The position numbers and the translations under genes are program-made. Of a DNA stretch of 64,000 nucleotides, positions 42,231-52,238 are shown in pieces (position 1 is the first letter of the stretch; each line of letters opens with the position of its first letter). This DNA comes from Endomicrobiales bacterium. Lineage in GTDB: Bacteria > Elusimicrobiota > Endomicrobiia > Endomicrobiales > CAWCFT01. Below the pieces are notes generated by a model. The model was not told the origin of the DNA, searched no databases, and saw nothing but the letters and a program-made list of their open reading frames with translations. The stretch is from positions 224,001-288,000 of the forward strand of contig CAWCFT010000001.1 in the NCBI GenBank assembly GCA_963794945.1. Direction: 5' to 3'.

Positions 42231-43595
42231 ATGAAAGACATCACACGTAAATCCGTTTTCTTTTTCATATCGTTCCTGGCTGTCAGCGGTGTCGCTCTCA
42301 TCGGCAGCGGGTTGATCTTCAGCTCCGGCAAATCGGTCCATGCCAAGGAAGCTCCAGCCGTTATCCCACAATCAGTTTCTGTCTCAACCCAAACAGTTGT
42401 CGCCGTGCACCTCAAACCGAAATACGTAAGAGGCGTGCACCTAACATCATGGGTGGCGGGATCACAGAAACTACGCCAGCCGCTTGAAAAGCTTGTCGAA
42501 GAAACCGAGATAAATACGTTTGTTATAGATATCAAAGAGTACGAGGGCGAGGTCTACCTGCCGGGCTACAAAAAAGCCGACGAGTATAAATGTTTCACGA
42601 ACGCCATACCGGACGCTCAAAAATACATAGCCGAGCTTAAAAAGAAGAACATTTACCTCATCGCAAGAATAGTAACTTTCAAAGATAACCAACTGCCCAA
42701 AAGAAGGCCTGACCTCGCCGTTAAAGATGTGAACGGCGGCTTATGGAAAGACCGTGCCGGCCTCACCTGGCTGGACCCGTACAACAAAGAGAACTGGGAT
42801 TACAATATAGGCCTTGCCGAACACGCCGTAAAGATGGGCTTTGACGAGATACAGTTCGACTATGTCAGGTTCCCTTCAGACGGGAACATGAAAAATTGCC
42901 GGTATATCCAGCCTCACTCTTCCGTTACGGCTTCGGCAGCGATCGTTAACTTCCTCGAGGCAGCTCACAAGAGGCTAAAACCCCTCGGCGTCAACATAGG
43001 AATAGATGTTTTCGGGCTCACCACAACAGTAACTGGCGACATGGGCATAGGGCAGAAAATAGTGGAGATGACCAGGTGGGCGGACTTTGTGAGCCCAATG
43101 GTTTATCCCTCCCACTATGCCAAAGGCGAGTACGGAATACCCGACCCCAACAAAGCGCCGTATCACACGGTTTATCTCTCGCTCGAGAGTGCGAAAAGAA
43201 GGATACCTGTTTCAAAGATAAGGCCGTACCTGCAGGATTTTTCGCTAGGAGTTCACTATGGTTCGAAAGAGCTTCTTGAGCAGATACAAGCGTGCTACGA
43301 TAACGATGTAGCGGAATGGCTTTTGTGGAACCCTAGATGCGTTTACACTAGGCAGGCTTTTAAGTCGAAGGAATTTTCGGGGGTTTACGAAAAGAAACCG
43401 TTACCATCATATATACATCCAAGGAAGGCTCCTAACACAGTAGAGCTATCAACTGCTTCCGTTTTAGGAGTCGAAATATCATCGGCGGCGCTGAAAGACA
43501 CGCTAACCAAAGAATCAACTACAGCTTTTTTGGTTCCGCAGATACCGGCAGCAGATATCAAACCGTCAACTTCAACAACCGGCGCGGCCAAATAA
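42231..43595 (+). CDS. Putative glycoside hydrolase (DUF4015-like), membrane-anchored or secreted
   Basis: VIDIK, IARIVTFKD, GFDEIQFDYVRFP, SPMVYPSHY, RPYLQDF. Confidence 0.8.
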   Translation: MKDITRKSVFFFISFLAVSGVALIGSGLIFSSGKSVHAKEAPAVIPQSVSVSTQTVVAVHLKPKYVRGVHLTSWVAGSQKLRQPLEKLVEETEINTFVIDIKEYEGEVYLPGYKKADEYKCFTNAIPDAQKYIAELKKKNIYLIARIVTFKDNQLPKRRPDLAVKDVNGGLWKDRAGLTWLDPYNKENWDYNIGLAEHAVKMGFDEIQFDYVRFPSDGNMKNCRYIQPHSSVTASAAIVNFLEAAHKRLKPLGVNIGIDVFGLTTTVTGDMGIGQKIVEMTRWADFVSPMVYPSHYAKGEYGIPDPNKAPYHTVYLSLESAKRRIPVSKIRPYLQDFSLGVHYGSKELLEQIQACYDNDVAEWLLWNPRCVYTRQAFKSKEFSGVYEKKPLPSYIHPRKAPNTVELSTASVLGVEISSAALKDTLTKESTTAFLVPQIPAADIKPSTSTTGAAK

Positions 43596-43603
43596 AGAGC
43601 TCA

Positions 43604-44149
43604 TCATTGCTTGACCAACAACACCTTTAGCAGCCCAATACTTTCAACTTTAAAACCTTTTGTACTTGCCAGTCCCAAAAAATCTTCAAAATCTTTGTCG
43701 GAAACATGCCCTTTAGGTTCGCTGAAATACAATTTTGCGCCTTTTTTCATGGCCGCGTATATTTCCGTGAGCAAACGGTCTTTATCAGGAACTTCGTGGG
43801 CCACGGCGAAAAGAAGCACGAAATCGAACGTACCGTCAAGGTCATGTATATTTAGCGAACTGGCTGTACACTGGCGCGGTTGGATCCTTCCCAACAACCC
43901 CGCTTTTAAAGCTCTTCTCGAAAGGCCGGACAGCATTTTTTCCTGCAGGTCAACGCAGACGACTTTTCCCGTTTCCCCTGTCATACGCGCCAGCGGCAGG
44001 CTGAAATAGCCCATGCCGCTGCCGATATCAAGTACGTTCATGCCTTCCCTTATATAAGGCTTGAACATTTTATCCGGATCGTTCAAAAACTTCCTTAACG
44101 GGCTAACAAGCCAGTAACCCAGCCACCAGGGACAAACGCGTTCGGCCAC
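43604..44149 (-). CDS. Class I SAM-dependent methyltransferase
   Basis: VLDIGSGMGYF, VDLQ. Confidence 0.88.
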   Translation of the reverse strand: MAERVCPWWLGYWLVSPLRKFLNDPDKMFKPYIREGMNVLDIGSGMGYFSLPLARMTGETGKVVCVDLQEKMLSGLSRRALKAGLLGRIQPRQCTASSLNIHDLDGTFDFVLLFAVAHEVPDKDRLLTEIYAAMKKGAKLYFSEPKGHVSDKDFEDFLGLASTKGFKVESIGLLKVLLVKQ

Positions 44150-44176
44150 TTGAAACTCCTTATATATATGTATGAG

Positions 44177-44806
44177 CTATGCGGCCGGTGTTTGGTTCAT
44201 GGCCCTGATATGCCTGCGGATATACCAAAACGCACAGGCTAAAATGATGATACCTATCGCGGCATCGAACTTATGAAAATATACCCTGAGCGAATCCCAA
44301 TTCTCGCCCATTTTCACTCCTATCCAGGTGAGCAGAAGGCTCCATATATATGAACCGATAAAAGTGTAAGCTATGAAAGTTGACATCTTCATTTTAGAGA
44401 CGCCTGCCGGGAAAGCTATAAAAGTCCTTATTACTGGAAGCAGCCTCGCGGCAAATACAGTGATATTGCCCCAACGAGCGAACCAGCGGTCTGCCATGTC
44501 GAGGTCGTGGTGCGATATTAGGATGTATTTCCCATATTTTACTATCCATGCCCTGCCGCCCCACGCCCCTGCGTAATAGGCTACTATGGAACCCAGCACG
44601 CAGCCTATGGCGCCCATGAGCGCGACAAACCATATATTAAAGTGACCGGTAGCGACAAGGTACCCTGAAAACGGAAGAATAACTTCAGAGGGGAGCGGTA
44701 TACACGCGCTTTCTATGGCCATCAAGAGGGCAACGCCCGCGTAACCCATTGAATTGATAACACCTATAATGAACGCCGAAAGATAACCCAGACAATGCTC
44801 TACCAT
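44177..44806 (-). CDS. dedA: DedA family membrane protein
   Basis: IESACIPLPSE, RLLPVIRTFIAFPAG. Confidence 0.92.
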   Translation of the reverse strand: MVEHCLGYLSAFIIGVINSMGYAGVALLMAIESACIPLPSEVILPFSGYLVATGHFNIWFVALMGAIGCVLGSIVAYYAGAWGGRAWIVKYGKYILISHHDLDMADRWFARWGNITVFAARLLPVIRTFIAFPAGVSKMKMSTFIAYTFIGSYIWSLLLTWIGVKMGENWDSLRVYFHKFDAAIGIIILACAFWYIRRHIRAMNQTPAA

Positions 44807-44849
44807 TGAAGCTCCTTTATAGCAAATTGCAATTTTGATAAGCTTTCAT

Positions 44850-44878
44850 ATTTTAATACAACCGTCCGTATTTGTCAA
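44850..44878 (-). promoter_or_regulatory. sigma70 promoter of dedA; the -35 lies in the left terminal repeat of the structured element
   Basis: TTGACA-N17-TAAAAT. Confidence 0.65.
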
Positions 44879-45293
44879 ATGGGTCGCTCGGGATTGATTT
44901 TTAAAAAGACGGCGGGTATCGCAACCCGCCTTGACTTTGGCGGCTCCAGTAAGCAAAAGTTGCCGCCAAAACACTTTTTATAAAATCAATCCGTCGCTCC
45001 GCGGGTGAGCAAACACAAATCCTTTATCAGTCAAGGATTCGTGTCTGACTACTACACTTAAGAGACTTTCTAAATGCCCTTGGCGTAGACACCCCCGAGT
45101 TCTGACTGAAAAAGAACGCTGGGGGTGCTCACCCACCGAGCGCGGATAAAGTTTTCAAAAATGCCTCATGGCCGCGACTTTACATGCACAAGCGGCCGTG
45201 TGGAGCGGAGGAAGTGTGGAACGCCCCGTCTTTTTAAAAACTTTATCTGCGCGACCTCTTTTTGAAAATTATTTCGAGCGCCATTTGACAAAT
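44870..45293. other. Structured non-coding element: two diverged ~170-nt units in inverted orientation, bounded by a terminal inverted repeat
   Basis: Units 44882-45049 and rc(45085-45256) share GGTCGC, TTTTTAAAAAGACGG, CGCTC..GGGTGAGCA, a TCAGTC loop and GTGTCT, with covarying stems. Ends are ATTTGTCAAATGG / CCATTTGACAAAT. Confidence 0.75.
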
Positions 45294-45313
45294 GAAAAAT
45301 AATTTCTTATAAT
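45285..45313 (+). promoter_or_regulatory. Consensus sigma70 promoter of the hydrogenase operon
   Basis: TTGACA-N17-TATAAT. Confidence 0.8.
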
Positions 45314-45371
45314 CTTCAAACAATTTATTTACCTGCTCCTTAAAACACTTAAAGAGTTTGATTTTGGGTTT

Positions 45372-45437
45372 GCGGTCCGCAGGCTTGGCAAGGTTTACAA
45401 AACCCTGCAAGTTCGAAGGATCGGGACTTTTTTGTTT
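45372..45437 (+). promoter_or_regulatory. Candidate cis-regulatory RNA in the 5' UTR (possibly Na+/DUF1646-like riboswitch)
   Basis: GGCTTG-[GCAAGGTTT aca AAACCCTGC]-AAGT..GATCGGGAC followed by a U-tract; the family resemblance is from recall only. Confidence 0.3.
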
Positions 45438-45594
45438 ACCCGGTACCCCGCATCAATATCGCGCGGGCCATAAAAGCAAGGCACACTCAGGCAATTACAC
45501 TCCTCAGAACACGCCTTGAAACATCCGAAGACAAAATTTTAGGCAGCATTTTTAACGGACTACTTGGGCCGTTTTTATTTTTGCACATAACACT

Positions 45595-47035
45595 ATGAAC
45601 ATGAAACTTCTTATCATACTCACGATCTTCGTTCCGGTCCTTGGCGCTTTCATACTGCCTCTGGTGGGTTCAATATCTGAACGCCTCAGGAATGTTTCGG
45701 CTCTTGTCTTTGTGCTTACCTCACTTATATGTTCCTTTATAATGATACCATCAGTACTTTCCGGTCAAATAACAACCATTACACTCACACTGCCCATGGG
45801 ATTTAACTTCGTCCTCACGGCCGACATGCTGGCGGTTTTTATGGCGATAGTCTCTTCGCTCATCGGATCTATTATCGTCCTCTACTCTTTTGACTATATA
45901 AGCCACTACGAAAACCGCAACGAATACTATTTAATGGTAGTGCTCTTCCTTGGCTCCATGATGGGCATAGTTTTTTCGGCTAACCTTATATTCCTCTATT
46001 TGTTCTGGGAAATAACAGCCATAGCGTCTTGGAGGCTTATCGGTTTCTTCAGGGAAAAGAACTATGTACTCAAGGCAGATAAATCGTTCCTTGTGACCGC
46101 CTTCGGCGCGTTCATGATGCTTCTTGGTTTTATACTTGTTTACCAGCAGACAGGCTCTTTCGACCTTGCAGCCATTAAGGCCGTAATGAAGGTAAGCCCC
46201 TTGAGCAGTTTGGCCGTTGGCCTGATACTCTTCGGCATACTGTCCAAGTCCGCCACGCTTCCTTTCCACACATGGCTGCCGGACGCAGGCGTAGCGCCTT
46301 CACCCGTTACCGCCCTTCTTCACGCGGCCGTGCTTGTCAAGATAGGTGTTTACGTTTATGCGAGGCTTTTCATCTGCACTTTCTCTATTAACCCCATATG
46401 GCATAACGTCGTACCCATAATCGCCGGCTCAAGCGCGCTTGTATCAGCCGGAGCTGCGCTCATTGAAACAGAACATAAAAAGAATTATCGCTTATTCGAC
46501 TGTAAGCCAGATAGGCTTCATATTCCTCGGCCTTTCAGTTGGCGGAGAAATAGGCGTTGCAGGCGGGCTCCTATACATATTAATGCATGGCATAGCCAAA
46601 GGCGGCCTTTTCCTTTGTGCGGGCATTGTTGAACAGAAGACGCACATTAAGGATATAACCAAACTCGGCGGGCTAATATATACCATGCCGGTCACTGCCG
46701 TATCTTTCCTGTTATGCGCTTTCTCTGTTATGGGCATTCCCCCTTTCGGCGGCTTCTGGAGCAAATATATGGTAATAACAGGAGCGGTCTCCGCAAGACA
46801 GTTCACTATAGCGTCTGTTTTCATCGTGGGCGCTTTTTTAACGCTTATATATCTTTTTAGATTGTTCATGATGGTCTTCCTGGGTGAAGAAAAAGCCTCC
46901 AACCCAAGGGAAGGTTCAGTAACGATGGTTTCAAGCGTGGCCGCACTGGCGTTCATATCGCTTTTAGCCGGCGTGTTCATAAACTATATTGCCGGCCCGG
47001 TGCAGTTGACAGTGAAACAGATGTTGGGAATATAA
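45595..47035 (+). CDS. Antiporter-like subunit (MrpA/D, NuoL/M-like; +1 frameshift near 46472)
   Basis: FWE, KSATLPFHTWLPDA, KRIIAYSTVSQ, HGIAKG, PPFGGFWSK. Confidence 0.88.
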
Positions 47036-47037
47036 AC

Positions 47038-47128
47038 GGCAGCTGTAAGCTATAAGTTTTAAGATATAAGCAGGCAAAACTTTGATTAAAAGACTTTTCT
47101 TACAGCTTACAACTTAAAGCTTATAACT
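47038..47128. repeat. AGCTTAT-family repeat, second copy, inside the operon
   Basis: ggcagctgtaagctataag ... cttacagcttacaacttaaagcttataac. Confidence 0.7.
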
Positions 47129-47151
47129 GGTTTTAACACTGGTATTAAACA

Positions 47152-48975
47152 ATGGACATATTACTATACCCAATCATTATTCCGACGATAACGGGCCTTT
47201 TGTGCCTGCTGGTGCCTAAGAACGTCAAAGGCGTCAAGGAAGCTCTTGTGCTTATAGGAGCGACCCTTAACCTGCTCCTCTGCGTTTTCCTTTTCGATAA
47301 AGAGCTTACGTTCCTTACTCCCTGGGGCGGGTTTGGTTTCGACTTTTCCTTAAGGCTATTTCACTTCAGCTCTTTCATAATGCTGGCAGCAGCAGGATTT
47401 ACGTTCCTTATAGTCCTTTACTCAACAGTGTTCATGTCCGGCAAAAAGTTCGCGAGCCAATTCTTCTCATATATGCTTATCTCGACCGCGATGGTCAATG
47501 GCGCCGTGCTTGCCGACAACCTTGTGGTCATGCTGTTTTTCTGGGAAGGCCTCTTAGGAACACTCTTCGGCCTCATAATACTTGGACGCAAGGAAGCCTA
47601 CAAGACAGCTATAAAAGCTTTCGTGATCGCCGGTATAACCGACCTCTGCATGATGCTGGGCATCGCGCTTACTTATCACATATCTGGAACTTTCGCAATA
47701 TCTAAGATATCAATCCCCCTTACACTCGGCGGGAGCTTTGCTTTCGTGCTTCTCATGATCGGCGCCATATCTAAAGCGGGCTCGATGCCTTTCCACAGCT
47801 GGATACCGGACGCGGCCGTAGACGCCCCGCTTCCCTTCATGGCATTTCTGCCTGCATCACTTGAAAAACTGTTGGGCATTTACTTGCTCGCGAGGATATC
47901 GCTTGATATGTTCCAGTTCACTGCGGGCTCGACCGTCAGCATGATAATGATGATAGTCGGTGCAACGACAATTCTACTCGCCGTAATGATGGCGCTTATA
48001 CAGAAAGATTTTAAACGGCTTCTATCATATCACGCAATAAGCCAGGTCGGCTACATGATCCTCGGCATAGGCACGGCGCTTCCCGTTGGCATTGTCGGTG
48101 GACTCTTCCATATGATAAACCACGCCATGTACAAGAGCTGCCTGTTCCTTACCGGAGGATCGGTTGAAAAACAGGCCGGCACAACTGACTTGAAACAGCT
48201 CGGCGGCATAGGCAGATATATGCCGGTGACATTTATATGCTTTATAATAGCGGCGGCCTCGATCTCCGGCGTCCCGCCTTTTAACGGATTTTTCTCAAAA
48301 GAGCTCGTCTATGACGGCGCGTTAGAACGCCACTGGATATTCTACGCGGCGGCTCTCCTGGGCTCGTTCCTGACGGCGGCGTCATTTTTGAAGCTCGGCC
48401 ACGCGGCCTTCCTTGGCCCCGTGAAAGAAGAGAACAAGAACGTAAAAGAAGCTCCCTGGCAGATGCTTATTCCTATGATAACAATAGCCGCTTTCTGCGT
48501 GTTGTTCGGAGTTTATAACTATCTTCCTTTAAACAAACTGATACAACCCATTCTCGGCGCTAGGCTTGAAGGCCACAATTTCGCCGGCTTCAATGTAAAC
48601 ATATTCCTTGTGCTCGGCACGCTTGTAGCTTTGACACTAGCGTTGATAAACCACCTTATAGGTGTAAAACGCTCTGGCTCCGGCCTTGGCGCTTCAGACC
48701 ACATTCATTATGCGCCGGTTCTTGGCGCCATTTATGACAAAGCGGAAAAACGTTGCTTCGATCCTTATGACTTAGGCCTGATGCTCGTTGCAGGAGTCGC
48801 AAAAACAGCATTCTTTGTTGACAGATCCATAGACTGGATATACGAAGGCTTTACGGTTACAACCGCATACGTTTCTTCATGGGCGGTAAAATCTTTGCGC
48901 GGTTCAAGCTATGCGATATTCATAGCCTGGTCGCTTGTAGGTGCGGCAACTGTAGTAGTGATACTTTTTCATTAG
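47152..48975 (+). CDS. Antiporter-like subunit (NuoL-like, long form)
   Basis: KAGSMPFHSWIPDA, KRLLSYHAISQ, HAMYKS, PPFNGFFSK. Confidence 0.88.
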   Translation: MDILLYPIIIPTITGLLCLLVPKNVKGVKEALVLIGATLNLLLCVFLFDKELTFLTPWGGFGFDFSLRLFHFSSFIMLAAAGFTFLIVLYSTVFMSGKKFASQFFSYMLISTAMVNGAVLADNLVVMLFFWEGLLGTLFGLIILGRKEAYKTAIKAFVIAGITDLCMMLGIALTYHISGTFAISKISIPLTLGGSFAFVLLMIGAISKAGSMPFHSWIPDAAVDAPLPFMAFLPASLEKLLGIYLLARISLDMFQFTAGSTVSMIMMIVGATTILLAVMMALIQKDFKRLLSYHAISQVGYMILGIGTALPVGIVGGLFHMINHAMYKSCLFLTGGSVEKQAGTTDLKQLGGIGRYMPVTFICFIIAAASISGVPPFNGFFSKELVYDGALERHWIFYAAALLGSFLTAASFLKLGHAAFLGPVKEENKNVKEAPWQMLIPMITIAAFCVLFGVYNYLPLNKLIQPILGARLEGHNFAGFNVNIFLVLGTLVALTLALINHLIGVKRSGSGLGASDHIHYAPVLGAIYDKAEKRCFDPYDLGLMLVAGVAKTAFFVDRSIDWIYEGFTVTTAYVSSWAVKSLRGSSYAIFIAWSLVGAATVVVILFH

Positions 48976-48995
48976 TTTTATTTGTTTGTTCTATG

Positions 48996-49052
48996 AAATC
49001 AAATGTCAAATATCAAAGATCAAAATTTTGATTTTTAATTTTTAATTCTTGA
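48996..49052. repeat. TCAAA-family repeat inside the operon
   Basis: aaatcaaatgtcaaatatcaaagatcaaaa ttttgatttttaatttttaattcttgattt. Confidence 0.6.
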
Positions 49053-49065
49053 TTTGGAGGTTTTC

Positions 49066-50490
49066 TTGGCCTGGCTGTTCGTTTTTATTCCCATTCTAGC
49101 CGTAATGTTCCTCAACCTTCCCTTCGGGCAGGGTTTTAGGAAATTTGCGCTTCCGGCGTCCATAGCGCTTGCCGTCGCGCAGGTTTTTTTCATACTGGTG
49201 CCGCCGCAGTGCACGCTCGCGTTCGGCGCCTGCCCGCTTTGCCCTTTCATTTTCCGCTCGCTTGACCCGCTCGGCAAAATAATGATGCTCTCAATAGGCA
49301 TAGTAGCTTTCACCGCCATTATAACCGGCTGGCACCTGACCGAGTCCGAGAACAGGAAATTCGATTTCGCTAACCTCATAATATTGTCTATGGGCGGAAT
49401 GAACGGCATAATACTCTCCGGAGACCTCTTCACACTCTACGTTTTCCTTGAGGTTGTTTCGGTGGCGTCTTTCATACTCATATCTATGGACAAGAACAAG
49501 GCCTCGCTAGAAGGCGCTTTTAAATACATTATGCTTTCGGCTGTGGCGACTATTCTTATGCTTTCCTCAATAGCGCTCGTTGTAATGCTTACCGGCGGAA
49601 CGTCTTTTGAGAGCGCGGCCCTTGTCATGAAACAGGGTTTGCATATGCCTTTGGGAATACTCGCCGCTGGCCTTTTCCTTACAGGACTTCTTATCAAAGG
49701 CGGAGTTGTCCCGTTCCACGGCTGGCTTCCAGACGCGTATATGTCGGCACCGGCAGGTGTCTCTATATTCCTTGCAGGCATAGTAACCAAGACAAGCGGT
49801 ATTTATACAATAATTAAACTTACGTCGGCGGTCATAGGGTTCACCGGCCCGCTTCAGACAGTGCTTCTTGTTTTCGGCGCCCTTTCGGCAGTGGCAGGGG
49901 CGCTTGCGGCGCTTTCGCAAAAGAATTTCAAGAGGATGCTTGCGTATTCGAGCATCAGCCAGATGGGATATATCCTAATGGGAGTTGGAGCGGCAAACCC
50001 GATAGCGCTTGTGGGTGCGGCGTTCCATTTGTTCAACCATTCGATATTCAAGACCCAGCTTTTCGTTAACTCGGCTGCCGTAGAAAAGAGCACTGGCACT
50101 GTAGATATGGACAAGCTCGGCGGCCTCTCAGAAAAGATGCCTGTTACAGGAGCGACGTCGCTTGTGGCATTTCTTTCTACAGCCGGCATACCGCCTCTGG
50201 CCGGCTTCTGGAGCAAACTTCTCATAATAATCGGACTTTGGATGGCGGGATATAAGGTTTACGCGCTAATAGCAGTTCTCGTGAGCGTTGTCACACTTGC
50301 CTACCTGCTTTCGATGCAGAGACGGGTATTCTTCGGCAAGATATCATCCGAGCTTTCGCACATCAAGGAAGCCGGTATTGCACTGACACTACCCGCTGTA
50401 ATTCTTACTCTTATTACCATAGGCGCAGGCATATTCTTCCCGTTCGTGTTTGAAAAACTGATAATGCCGGTAAAAGCTCTATTAGGTTAA
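49066..50490 (+). CDS. Antiporter-like subunit (MrpD/NuoN-like)
   Basis: GGAGG RBS then TTG; EGAFKY, PFHGWLPDAY, KRMLAYSSISQ. Confidence 0.88.
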   Translation: MAWLFVFIPILAVMFLNLPFGQGFRKFALPASIALAVAQVFFILVPPQCTLAFGACPLCPFIFRSLDPLGKIMMLSIGIVAFTAIITGWHLTESENRKFDFANLIILSMGGMNGIILSGDLFTLYVFLEVVSVASFILISMDKNKASLEGAFKYIMLSAVATILMLSSIALVVMLTGGTSFESAALVMKQGLHMPLGILAAGLFLTGLLIKGGVVPFHGWLPDAYMSAPAGVSIFLAGIVTKTSGIYTIIKLTSAVIGFTGPLQTVLLVFGALSAVAGALAALSQKNFKRMLAYSSISQMGYILMGVGAANPIALVGAAFHLFNHSIFKTQLFVNSAAVEKSTGTVDMDKLGGLSEKMPVTGATSLVAFLSTAGIPPLAGFWSKLLIIIGLWMAGYKVYALIAVLVSVVTLAYLLSMQRRVFFGKISSELSHIKEAGIALTLPAVILTLITIGAGIFFPFVFEKLIMPVKALLG

Positions 50491-50494
50491 CACC

Positions 50495-50575
50495 AATTCA
50501 AGATTTAAGATTGGAAGATTAAAATATTTTTGGCCCAAGACAGTAATTTTAAATTTTTAATCTTTAATTTTTTAA
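50495..50575. repeat. AAGATTA/AATCTTT-family repeat inside the operon
   Basis: aagatttaagattggaagatt ... aatttttaatctttaatttttt. Confidence 0.5.
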
Positions 50576-50588
50576 TGAGACTCTAACT

Positions 50589-51098
50589 ATGAACATGTAC
50601 ACGCTTGATATCATTCTTCTTATAGCTTTAACAGCTGCCGCAGTCTGGACCGTGCTTCGCGGAAGCCTGCTAAGGGCCGTAATAGCACTGGCGCTTACAA
50701 GCATCGTGCTAACAGCTATCATTTTCAGGCTCGGCTCACCCATAGCAGCCGTGTTCGAGCTCTCTGTGTGCGCGGGCCTTATAACCGTAGTATTTATGAG
50801 CACCATAAGCCTTACCAAACCGCTTACTCATATGGAAACACTTGAATATACAAAGAGCAGGATAAAAAGGTTCTGGCTGCTGCCGGTTATTATTATAATT
50901 GCCGGTTTGGGCCTTGTTTTCGTGACCATACCGTTCAACTTCAATATACCTGTAGCCGTAAGTACAGAAAGCTTCAGAAACGTGCTCTGGCAGGAAAGGC
51001 GCTTTGACCTTATAGGCCAGATACTTATAATACTCGCCGGAGTTTTCGGCGTTGTGGTTCTTTTTAAGCACCACTCAAAAGACGAACCCGAGGAATAG
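50589..51098 (+). CDS. NuoJ-like membrane subunit
   Basis: Hydrophobic; AAVFELSVCAGL, RRFDLIGQ. Confidence 0.75.
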   Translation: MNMYTLDIILLIALTAAAVWTVLRGSLLRAVIALALTSIVLTAIIFRLGSPIAAVFELSVCAGLITVVFMSTISLTKPLTHMETLEYTKSRIKRFWLLPVIIIIAGLGLVFVTIPFNFNIPVAVSTESFRNVLWQERRFDLIGQILIILAGVFGVVVLFKHHSKDEPEE

Positions 51099-51103
51099 GA
51101 AAA

Positions 51104-51425
51104 ATGACTGCAGAACAACGCTCAACTATTAAGGCTATATATAGTATTTCTCCCACTGATATTCATTGCTGGGTTCTACTGCATTGTCACAACAAGGAAC
51201 CTCATCCGCGCCCTCTTGGGCCTTGAGATACTGACAAAAGCCGTCACTCTTATGCTTGCGCTTGCCGGATTCCTCACAGGCAAAACGGCTCTTTCGCAGG
51301 CGCTCATCATAACGCTGATAGTCGTCGAGGTTGTTGTTATAGCCATCGCGGCAGGCGTCGTGCTGAACATTTTCAAGCATTACAACTCGCTTGACACAAG
51401 AAACATCAGGACGCTGAAAGGATAA
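51104..51425 (+). CDS. NuoK/MrpC-like subunit (+1 frameshift near 51119)
   Basis: GFYCIVTTRNLIRALLGLEI...QALIITLIVVEVVV. Confidence 0.8.
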
Positions 51426-51431
51426 TCTACA

Positions 51432-51764
51432 ATGGCAAAATGGTTTTTACTTCCTCCAGTAACTTTTATAGTGGTGCTAGTTATAAACACCCTGCTTTCT
51501 AAGCTGTCAAAAGGCCTGGCTTACAAGGATGACAGCGTACCCGGTGGAAAATATAAATCTTACGCCTGCGGAGAGAACGTTGACTCCCCCAGGGTTCAGC
51601 CAGGCTATGAGCAGTTTTTCCCCTTCGCCTTCTTTTTTACTATAATGCATGTAGTGGCCCTTGTTATAGCCACAGCACCGGTGCATTCGTTGCGCGCGGC
51701 TTTAATTGCAGCACTATTCATAATGGCTGCCATAAGCGGACTTTTTATACTGTTTCGGAAGTAG
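51432..51764 (+). CDS. NuoA-like subunit
   Basis: KYKSYACGE loop between TM helices. Confidence 0.75.
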   Translation: MAKWFLLPPVTFIVVLVINTLLSKLSKGLAYKDDSVPGGKYKSYACGENVDSPRVQPGYEQFFPFAFFFTIMHVVALVIATAPVHSLRAALIAALFIMAAISGLFILFRK

Positions 51765-51773
51765 GATCAAGTT

Positions 51774-52238
51774 ATGATAAAACTAGCTGAAAAAATAGTC
51801 ACTTGGGCAAGGACAAAGTCCCCCTGGATAATACATTTTAACACCGGCGCCTGCAACGCCTGTGATATAGAGATTGTAGCCGCGCTCACGCCGCGTTACG
51901 ATGTTGAACGCTTCGGCGTGGTAATTAAAGGGACTCCTCGGCATGCTGACGTACTTATATGTTCCGGCCCCTTGACCAAACAGCAAAACGACAGGCTGGT
52001 AAGGATATATGAGCAGATGCCTGCTCCCAAGTTCGTTGTCGCGGTAGGCACATGCGCCTGCTCGGGTGGCGTGTTTCACGACTGCTATGGAGTACTCGGC
52101 GGTATAAATTCCGCTATACCAGTCTCGGCTTACATACCCGGATGCCCGGCGAGCCCAGAGGCAATAATAGACGGCGTAGTAAAGCTTCTTTCAAGCCTGG
52201 ATCCGAAAGATGAGAAACCGGCAGAGGTGCAAAAATGA
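51774..52238 (+). CDS. Group 4 hydrogenase small subunit (NuoB-like)
   Basis: ACNACDIE, PRHAD, GTCACSGG, PGCP. Confidence 0.9.
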   Translation: MIKLAEKIVTWARTKSPWIIHFNTGACNACDIEIVAALTPRYDVERFGVVIKGTPRHADVLICSGPLTKQQNDRLVRIYEQMPAPKFVVAVGTCACSGGVFHDCYGVLGGINSAIPVSAYIPGCPASPEAIIDGVVKLLSSLDPKDEKPAEVQK

